Below the pieces are notes generated by a model. That model had not been told where the DNA came from. It ran no database searches and was given only the letters and a program-made list of their open reading frames with translations. DNA of 63,749 bases, the filler included. It is 4 parts of 4 records of this genome, joined end to end, with 100 filler letters (N's around TTAATTAATTAA, not from the genome) between each part and the next. Parts side by side here need not be neighbours in the genome. Positions count along the whole stretch, not along the records: positions 50,139 to 63,749 come from DRR723986_9375; 3 more parts are not named here. One strand, 5' to 3'. The translations under genes were made by a program, and so were the position numbers. Positions 57,423 to 63,749 of this stretch are shown here, piece by piece (positions within the stretch are counted from its first letter, which is position 1; each line of letters begins with the position of its first letter).

Positions 57423-59855
57423 CTAGGGCTCCACGTCTCTACCGAAATTAAGTGCCAGGATCGTGCAGGGCTTCCCGCCGCTTGCCTCAAGCGTGAGTTG
57501 CCCGCCATCTTCCCAGCGAGTTTCTAGCGACCGATCAATGACACCAGTTCGCAGCGGTGCAGGCTCCCCGGCAGGATCGCCCGCGCCGTAATAGATCAGC
57601 TCATCCAGATAGGTTGCGTCTGACCCCGCCCGGAGCGTCCCCGTTTCAATGACCGCTACCTTGCAATCGTCGACCTTCATTTTGCGGCCGAGGGCTGCAC
57701 CGTCTTGCGCATTGATTGGAAACGGCAGCGTTTTGGCCCGTGCTTTCACATCCAGGCCAACCAAGATCTTTTCCGCCGTCCGCCCGTTGGGCAGGCTGAC
57801 TTCTCCGCCGGTCACCGTGGCCGGGTAATCCGATCCATCGGCGAACATGATCACGTCTCTGCCTTCCAGATAGTCCAGCCCGGCAATGGTGTTGGCTGGA
57901 ACGCCCTCGTACCTTGAAGCGCAATCAAGGTGCCAAGCGTCTTCTATTTGCCCGCCACGGAAAGGCCTTTGCATGATTTCGATGTATCGCCGTGTCACCC
58001 CGTTGATGGTGCGATTGACGATCATCCAAACTTCATCCGATTGAACGCCGGTCAGGTCGGCCATGCACTCGACAACGCCGCCAAAGTCGTGGCGCTGCAT
58101 TCCGTACACTTGCTGTTCGCGTTCATAGGTGAAGCCGACGCCCCGGCCGTTGCGGTCCCACTGCCAAATGATGCTATCGGGATATTGCTGGTAACAGGCC
58201 CCCACGATGCCAGGCAGGAACAAATGAGACTGCACCTCGCTAACCGCCTGCGATACCCGGCCGTCAGCGCTGAAGTCATACCCCATTTCTCGCATGTCGG
58301 TACCGTATGGCCCGAAGTAGAGAAGCACCGACCCCACCTTGATAGGGCTCACGCCGTTGGCCCCGAAATTGGTTTCAGGGTTTTGCTCGACGTTTTCAGG
58401 CCCATACGGGTCTTGCTCAGTCGCCTTGCCGACAGCTCGCACCGCCCTCGACGTGCCGATAATCAGGTCATTGTCATCGACCAGCCATTGAATGCGGTTC
58501 ACCTGACCGGAGAGCACGCCGACCGAAACCGCGTCCGATGCTTCCAGCACGTGCGAAACGGAAAAGTTGGTAAAGTCTTCAGTCTGGCTTTCCCAGATCT
58601 TTTGCGGCTCTTCCACCGTCCCGGCGAACGCCAAGCGGTTCTTGTGCCACCCGACCGTTTCCGGCCAACCCGTCGTATCGGACCAAGCGCCCAGGCGCCA
58701 AATGCTCTGCGCTTTTGTGTCTGGCAGCGACTGCCCGAAAACCTGCACCTTGACCACCGTTGCAGAGGATCGGCTTGTAATCTTGAACCAACGCCAAAAG
58801 CCATCCGATCCACGGAACCGGATATGGCGGCCAACATCTGAAACTTTAAACCCAGATCCGCTATTGATTCCTGCAGCACTGGAAGCCGTCAGGTTGAACG
58901 GGCTCTGATCTTCCCCGGCTTGGTGAAAGACAATCTGACCGATTGCCGAATTGTCCGAGTTAGGGCCGCCACCCTGCGTGAAGCTCAGCCGGTAATAGCT
59001 GAATGCCGTCTCATTGTGGAAGGCGAACTGCCGCCACTCGTTTGACGCCCACGTGTCTTGCCCGTCCTGCGTATCCAGAATGGTCCAGTCAGAACCGTTG
59101 TTCGATGCCTCAATGTTCCATTGCCACGGCATGTCGTCGTTCTGGCTGTTGTCGTTCGGCGCCTGAAGCATATAGGCGTCAATAACAACACTGCTGGGGA
59201 ACTGGTATTGCACCCACCCCGTTGCGCCAGCGCCAAGGACCGACTTGCCTTCTGACCGGCTGAACACTTGCCAGGCGGTAGAACTGCCGTTGGAAGCCGA
59301 CACCGTGCCACTCGGTGCGCTGTTGGAGGTCATGTCAGGGACCGGGTTGCCGGTGCTGGACGGCTTCAGGTTCGTGGGCGAAATGTTCACATCGAGAAAC
59401 GGCCAATCCTTGAAGCTCATCCGCTCGATGGTCCAAGAGGTTTCCCCCAGACGCTTCAATGCATGTGGGGCAACGCCACCGCCGGCAATGAACAGCGTGT
59501 CAGTCGATTGAACGAACTTCAGGCCCGGCAAGTCTGCAATGCCGTACGGTGTGGATACCTCGACCGTGCCAACCCGGCCTGCGTTCGTGTAGACCCGGAA
59601 ATAGCCGTTGCCGAATTCAAGCATGTAGTATTGCCCGTTCCCGAACTCGAACGGGATCAGCCAACCGCCAACAGTACTGTCTTTCAGCTCGGCTATGAAT
59701 TTGGTTCCGCCCCGGCGACGCAGGCCGCCACGCTTGAGCGTAATGAAGTTTTCGCACGTTGCCAGCGAGGACCGGAACAACTCCAAGTCGGAGCGGTAAA
59801 CTAGTTCTGGATCCAGTTCACCGCGGCTAAACGTTGCCTGTAGGCTGTAGCTCAT
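57423..59855 (-). CDS. tail tubular protein B (nozzle) with an inserted discoidin-like domain
   Basis: FSRGELDP...RSDL, N.I....GGLRRRGGT.F, LIPFEF, LEFG..Y.RVY, QS.D, GWP..V.....RL.F and terminal P.TILAL. Confidence 0.88.
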   Translation of the reverse strand: MSYSLQATFSRGELDPELVYRSDLELFRSSLATCENFITLKRGGLRRRGGTKFIAELKDSTVGGWLIPFEFGNGQYYMLEFGNGYFRVYTNAGRVGTVEVSTPYGIADLPGLKFVQSTDTLFIAGGGVAPHALKRLGETSWTIERMSFKDWPFLDVNISPTNLKPSSTGNPVPDMTSNSAPSGTVSASNGSSTAWQVFSRSEGKSVLGAGATGWVQYQFPSSVVIDAYMLQAPNDNSQNDDMPWQWNIEASNNGSDWTILDTQDGQDTWASNEWRQFAFHNETAFSYYRLSFTQGGGPNSDNSAIGQIVFHQAGEDQSPFNLTASSAAGINSGSGFKVSDVGRHIRFRGSDGFWRWFKITSRSSATVVKVQVFGQSLPDTKAQSIWRLGAWSDTTGWPETVGWHKNRLAFAGTVEEPQKIWESQTEDFTNFSVSHVLEASDAVSVGVLSGQVNRIQWLVDDNDLIIGTSRAVRAVGKATEQDPYGPENVEQNPETNFGANGVSPIKVGSVLLYFGPYGTDMREMGYDFSADGRVSQAVSEVQSHLFLPGIVGACYQQYPDSIIWQWDRNGRGVGFTYEREQQVYGMQRHDFGGVVECMADLTGVQSDEVWMIVNRTINGVTRRYIEIMQRPFRGGQIEDAWHLDCASRYEGVPANTIAGLDYLEGRDVIMFADGSDYPATVTGGEVSLPNGRTAEKILVGLDVKARAKTLPFPINAQDGAALGRKMKVDDCKVAVIETGTLRAGSDATYLDELIYYGAGDPAGEPAPLRTGVIDRSLETRWEDGGQLTLEASGGKPCTILALNFGRDVEP

Positions 59856-60439
59856 CTGTCCGTCACTATGTCCAATTCAACCATTGGGAGGGGCGTCCCC
59901 TGCATCGCGTCAGCGACACTCGCTTGGTCAAAGGCCTCTGTTGCAGCTTGTCGGAGTGCTTCGGCCCGGCTGTTCTTGCCGGTGATGACGTGAGCGCAGC
60001 CGGACGCCAGGAAGAGCCCGAACCCGTGCACGAAGAGCGGCGAAAACTCGGCTTCCCTCTCCACTCTCTTGATGTACCGAAGAGCGAAAGGCGGCGGCTG
60101 ATCCGTCATGATCCACTGCCCCACGACTTCATAAGGCACAATCGCACCGTCAGGCCTGCCACCTATGGTCTGTTGAGGAAGACGCAGCGCTTTGTCTGGC
60201 CTGCGGTATCGGTACCGCCAACGGAAAGGCGGCTTTTCCGCGTCTGCAGGAAGGTTCACAAGCTCCGTTGCAAAGTCCCAATCATGCATTGCCTGGTAGG
60301 CGTCACGATGGGCCGCATAGTGGTTTCGCATCCAGCGAGAAGCCACGGAAGAAAAATCAAAATCCCTGATCGGCGCCTCTTTCAGATGCGCAAGAGCAAG
60401 GTTCGCCATTTCAACGGAGGTGTTGACCGTGCCGGACAT
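59852..60439 (-). CDS. tail tubular protein A (adaptor)
   Basis: VEMANLALAHL...I, H.W.FA, W.Y.Y..P...LR and F.PLF. Confidence 0.85.
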   Translation of the reverse strand: MSGTVNTSVEMANLALAHLKEAPIRDFDFSSVASRWMRNHYAAHRDAYQAMHDWDFATELVNLPADAEKPPFRWRYRYRRPDKALRLPQQTIGGRPDGAIVPYEVVGQWIMTDQPPPFALRYIKRVEREAEFSPLFVHGFGLFLASGCAHVITGKNSRAEALRQAATEAFDQASVADAMQGTPLPMVELDIVTDR

Positions 60440-60463
60440 GAGAAGCCGCCTTAACGTGGGTTG

Positions 60464-60811
60464 TTATTCGGCCGGGGTTTCGGCCAACTTCGCTTCATAG
60501 CTCTCAAGGACGGCCAAGCTTTCGTCCTTGCTCTTGGTTTTAATGCCCGCATACTCTGCGGCCATGGCCTGAAGCGTCTTCCAATGGGCATCGCGCCACC
60601 CTTCAGGCAGCGGCTTGCCGTGGTCCGGCGCGATTGCAGCGGCTTTTGCCTTCTGCTTTGCGTTCCAGTCGGCCGAGATTGTGTCGCTCAGCTTTTCCCG
60701 GCGCTTCTGGTCAAGGGATTTGCCCTTGTCGAAACGCTCTTTGTAATCTGACGCGTGGTTCTTCTGCAGCCGGGCAAGGTGCTCTTTCCGGCGCTGCTCG
60801 ATTTCATCCAT
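60464..60811 (-). CDS. hypothetical phage protein with a small C-terminal helical module
   Basis: 115-aa charged ORF between capsid and adaptor; LPEGWRDAHWKTLQAMAAEY..K.K. Confidence 0.7.
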   Translation of the reverse strand: MDEIEQRRKEHLARLQKNHASDYKERFDKGKSLDQKRREKLSDTISADWNAKQKAKAAAIAPDHGKPLPEGWRDAHWKTLQAMAAEYAGIKTKSKDESLAVLESYEAKLAETPAE

Positions 60812-60826
60812 GTGAAAACCCTCTTA

Positions 60827-60862
60827 GCAAAGAGAAAGGGCGGCAAAAGCCGCCCTGTTCTC
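60827..60862 (-). terminator. intrinsic terminator after the major capsid gene
   Basis: Minus strand AGGGCGGC-TTTT-GCCGCCCT followed by TTCTCTTTG. Confidence 0.75.
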
Positions 60863-60889
60863 AGTCCTCAGTGTTGCCGGTCGAACGCG

Positions 60890-61927
60890 TTAGATGTTCA
60901 CCTTGAGGCAGGCGAACTTGACGTTTTTGCGCTCATACTTCCGGTTCCAGTTGGTCGCATTGCGAAGCTCCGCCAGGGTTGCGCCCTGCGACTTGGTAAG
61001 GGAGGCGGCCGTGAAGTCCATTCCGGCCGGGTGGATCAGTTCAAAGCGGCGAGTAGTCAGGTAGTCCGCGCCGCCACCGTCGCCGATATCCGGGTCACGG
61101 GTGATTTCCGTTCCCTCGTTGCCGTAGATCGTCGGACGGCTCGGCACTTCGTCAATGTGCATGAAGGCACCCGGTGCGAACAGAAAGCACGAGTATTCAT
61201 CCGAGTTGGCGCCGGCAACAACCGGCATCATTTCGGAATGAATGACCATCATGCCGGCGTAATAGGGCACCTCGAAAGGCGCTTCGGACGGCTTCTTGAA
61301 CTCGATCTTTTCGTCATCGAGCAGAGTGCCATAGACAAAGCTGTGCATCGCGATGACGCGCAGATCGTCCAGATTTTCGCCCATGGTAAGCCGGGCGCGG
61401 TTGATTGCCTGATAGCTGACCCGATTGGCGGCCGTCGGGGAGCCCACGTCGGAGTAGATGGAATAAACCATGTCCCCGCCGTCGTTTGCCGCGTTGTCGG
61501 CAATGACGCCTTGAGCAGTGGCAATAATGCGCTCTTCCTTGCGGCGGCCCCAATAAGAACTGATCCGCTCTGCAACACGGTTCATTGCGCTGTCGCCCCG
61601 ACCCGTAGCCGCATAGCTGGCAACCGTCTTGGCACCGTGCTTTTTGGCCAGGCGATGCTTGTAGGCCTTCATGTCGCTGGCCGTGATCTTGCTCACGCCG
61701 ATCTTGTTGTCACTGTCGTCAATGACGGTCGGCTCCGTATCGTCCAGATCTTCCCAATACGGGACCTCGATCTGATTGCCGCCGGAGGTAAAGCGCTGTG
61801 CGATTTCAGGCGCCGGACCAGCCAGGATGCCGGAGTTTTCGAGCATGATCAGTTTGGCCGGCTTGTTTTCAGCCATGTAAGGCGTGAAGACGCGCGGTAC
61901 CACGATGTCAGAAATTGCAGTCGTCAT
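60890..61927 (-). CDS. major capsid protein
   Basis: ISDIVVP.VF..Y, SGI, GG..I.VPYW.DL, AMHS..Y..L and T.AEL....NW.R.YERKN; follows the scaffold and precedes a terminator. Confidence 0.9.
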   Translation of the reverse strand: MTTAISDIVVPRVFTPYMAENKPAKLIMLENSGILAGPAPEIAQRFTSGGNQIEVPYWEDLDDTEPTVIDDSDNKIGVSKITASDMKAYKHRLAKKHGAKTVASYAATGRGDSAMNRVAERISSYWGRRKEERIIATAQGVIADNAANDGGDMVYSIYSDVGSPTAANRVSYQAINRARLTMGENLDDLRVIAMHSFVYGTLLDDEKIEFKKPSEAPFEVPYYAGMMVIHSEMMPVVAGANSDEYSCFLFAPGAFMHIDEVPSRPTIYGNEGTEITRDPDIGDGGGADYLTTRRFELIHPAGMDFTAASLTKSQGATLAELRNATNWNRKYERKNVKFACLKVNI

Positions 61928-61954
61928 TTGCTACCCTTTCGAGAGATTGCGAGA

Positions 61955-62944
61955 TTAGAGGCCGAAGGAAGCCGGGTTGCGGCCAGCAGCTTCAATCAAC
62001 TGCTTTGCGCGCGCCGGGTTCTTGTCCAGCAGCTCGGATTGTGTTTTGAGGTCGGGCTTGTCCTTGTCGAACGGATTGGAACCGTTGCCGCCTTCGCCCA
62101 GATCGCTAAGGCCGTCTTCAGAAAAGGCCTTGTCGTGAATGAAGGCGAGCAGCCGAACCGCTGTCGGGTCTGCCACCTGTTGATTGCCGTCGTCGTCGGG
62201 GTCCGTCAGGATGCCTTTTTCAGCAAACCAGTCGGATACGTCGATACCGGCACTCTTGAGCCCATCCCGGGCGCGGCCAGCTTTGGCGATTACATTTTTG
62301 TAGCCATCGCTTGAAGGTTCGCCGAACTCTTTCACAAGCTCCCGGTGGGCTGTCTCCACCGCTTCTGCCTGTTGCGTTGCAGCTTCAGTTGCGGACTGTT
62401 CACCGGCCGTGAACTGTTCCGCCATTTTGCCCACCCACTTGTCATGCAGCACTTGAGCCGCCGACGGGTGCAGGCCTGCTTCCTGAAACCAAGACCCGGC
62501 CTCTTTGGCAAAGTCCTGATCGTAGGGAAAGTTTTCCGGCAGGTTGCCAGGCATCGAGAACTGATAGCCGTCTTTCGGCGTCCATCCGGCTGAAACCTGA
62601 CTGTAGAACTCGGCCTGCTGTTCCGGGGTGGCGTTTTCACCCGGGAGCGCAACCGATCCGCTCAGCTTGTCTTGCAAGGACCGATAGCCCTCAAAGACGC
62701 CGTCAACACCCTGCCAACCGTTTTCCGTGGCAATGGTGCGGTTGTCGTCGTTCAGCGTGGCGAGGAATGCCGCAGCATCGCCGCCACCTTCACCGCCTGC
62801 ACCGCCTTCCGGTGTGCCGCCAGCCCCGGGGGCACCTTCAGGAGCGAACACGGGCAAATTCCGGAAGCCCGGGCCGGAGCCCTGCAGCATCACCCGTGCA
62901 CCGCTCACAAATGCTCCGCCGCTGGTTTTGATAAACATCGTCAA
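61955..62944 (-). CDS. capsid assembly scaffolding protein
   Basis: Acidic Gly/Ala-rich; Y..LQ.KL....LPGENATPE....FY...G..P...Y; immediately upstream of the capsid. Confidence 0.8.
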   Translation of the reverse strand: MTMFIKTSGGAFVSGARVMLQGSGPGFRNLPVFAPEGAPGAGGTPEGGAGGEGGGDAAAFLATLNDDNRTIATENGWQGVDGVFEGYRSLQDKLSGSVALPGENATPEQQAEFYSQVSAGWTPKDGYQFSMPGNLPENFPYDQDFAKEAGSWFQEAGLHPSAAQVLHDKWVGKMAEQFTAGEQSATEAATQQAEAVETAHRELVKEFGEPSSDGYKNVIAKAGRARDGLKSAGIDVSDWFAEKGILTDPDDDGNQQVADPTAVRLLAFIHDKAFSEDGLSDLGEGGNGSNPFDKDKPDLKTQSELLDKNPARAKQLIEAAGRNPASFGL

Positions 62945-63255
62945 AAGTCCTCTTCATGTTTGAAGTCTGGCAGGGTTTCCAGCCGGGCCGCCTCCTGCAA
63001 TGCGGCGTGTTCTTCCGGCGGAATACGGATCATCGATAGGATGCGGGCGAACATGGCTTTGCGGCCGTCCACATAACCGCTTTGCCGCGTGTCCAGCGCA
63101 ACCGGCGGCGCCTGGTACATGCCGCACTCTGCCGCCAGATCGGCGAGAACCATTTCACCCTCAGGGCACAAAAAAACGGACCGATAGGCCCGCTCAATTT
63201 CTTTCCCACGATGTTTGCGTTGTGGCGCTCGACGCCGAAGGCTAAGCCACGCCAT
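62941..63255 (-). CDS. Bbp19-like phage protein
   Basis: AYRSVF..PEG.MVLADL and Y.DGRK....RI; lies between portal and scaffold. Confidence 0.8.
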   Translation of the reverse strand: MAWLSLRRRAPQRKHRGKEIERAYRSVFLCPEGEMVLADLAAECGMYQAPPVALDTRQSGYVDGRKAMFARILSMIRIPPEEHAALQEAARLETLPDFKHEEDF

Positions 63256-63749
63256 TGCCGCCGCCCCCTTGCTGCTGCAGAGCACTCAGAAGCGGGGCAC
63301 CGTCCTTTGCCATACGCGCCACGCTTTCACCGGCCGCAAGTTGCTCTTGCTGCTGTTCGCGTTCAGCGCGCTGTTTCCGGATCGCCTCGACCTCTTCCGG
63401 CGTGCGCTTGAGTTTGGCCGGCAGGCCGAGCGAACGGCGCGTCAAGTCAAACTCTTCTTCATTGTCGACCAGATCCAAGACCGACGGGTCCATGTTGGCC
63501 TTGACGCCCAGGTACTCGTTAAAGCCCATGATTGCCTCAAAGTGGCCGGCTTCCCGCATCTGATCGATTGGCGCGGTGCTGGTCAGCGTCACTTCACTGT
63601 CGGCCAGCGCTTCCGGCGGTTCCAGCGGCGAGCCCGGATCGAAAGCCCCACGGCGGCCGAGAATGCCGATTTCACGGTCAAACAGGTTTTCGTTGCCTGC
63701 CATCACGTTGGTTGAGAAAGGCCCGATCATGTCGGCCATTTCCTTGCGG
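63242..63749 (-). CDS. portal / head-to-tail connector, C-terminal part (5'-truncated)
   Basis: ..IGP, LFDRE..IL.R.G, PPEAL, P.VLD.VD and G.P....R..EEV.AIR.QR. Confidence 0.85.
   Translation of the reverse strand, partial: RKEMADMIGPFSTNVMAGNENLFDREIGILGRRGAFDPGSPLEPPEALADSEVTLTSTAPIDQMREAGHFEAIMGFNEYLGVKANMDPSVLDLVDNEEEFDLTRRSLGLPAKLKRTPEEVEAIRKQRAEREQQQEQLAAGESVARMAKDGAPLLSALQQQGGGGNGVA

Larger units (their letters stand above)
50139..63749 (-). mobile_element. podovirus-type phage or prophage virion morphogenesis module (BPP-1/epsilon15-like order)
   Basis: Tightly packed co-oriented genes: portal, Bbp19-like, scaffold, capsid, small protein, tail tubular A, tail tubular B, three internal virion proteins; no integrase or host flank visible. 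Confidence 0.93.

Noticed and set aside
49246-63749. Treating the phage module as a prophage of the contig C organism
   Set aside because: Separated by an artificial spacer; linkage and host cannot be established from this window.

Overview
This window is not one locus. It is four unrelated contigs joined by artificial 100-bp spacers (44 N + TTAATTAATTAA + 44 N) at 23300-23399, 37585-37684 and 50039-50138. Contig A (1-23299) looks FCB/Bacteroidota-type, based on TAnnTTTG promoter motifs and gene content. It carries a radical SAM gene, a phytase-like lipoprotein, two tandem large GAF proteins, an ECF sigma/anti-sigma cassette, ppk1, sixA, an HD+PycTM(DUF5706) membrane protein, PBP1A, a PD40/OmpA lipoprotein, aat, trmB and mlaE. 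Contig B (23400-37584) looks like Planctomycetes housekeeping DNA (DUF3179, ZIP, purN, ileS, ettA, cytochrome c, HTTM pair, SHD1 protein). Contig C (37685-50038) looks Rhodobacteraceae-like: the 5' end of prfC, a BrnA-like gene, catabolic/TRAP modules and a truncated ardA-like gene. Contig D (50139-63749) is the virion module of a podovirus-type phage or prophage. The best candidate for a new system is on contig A. By eye, the C-terminal halves of both GAF proteins contain the ordered motif series of a class III nucleotidyl cyclase, interrupted by a ~100-aa insertion. They lie in a phosphate/polyphosphate neighbourhood with a protein that fuses a PDE-like HD domain to a Pycsar-type transmembrane effector. 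Together these suggest a non-canonical cyclic-nucleotide synthase/hydrolase/receptor circuit tied to polyphosphate metabolism. All family and taxon assignments come from motif recognition only; no searches were run.
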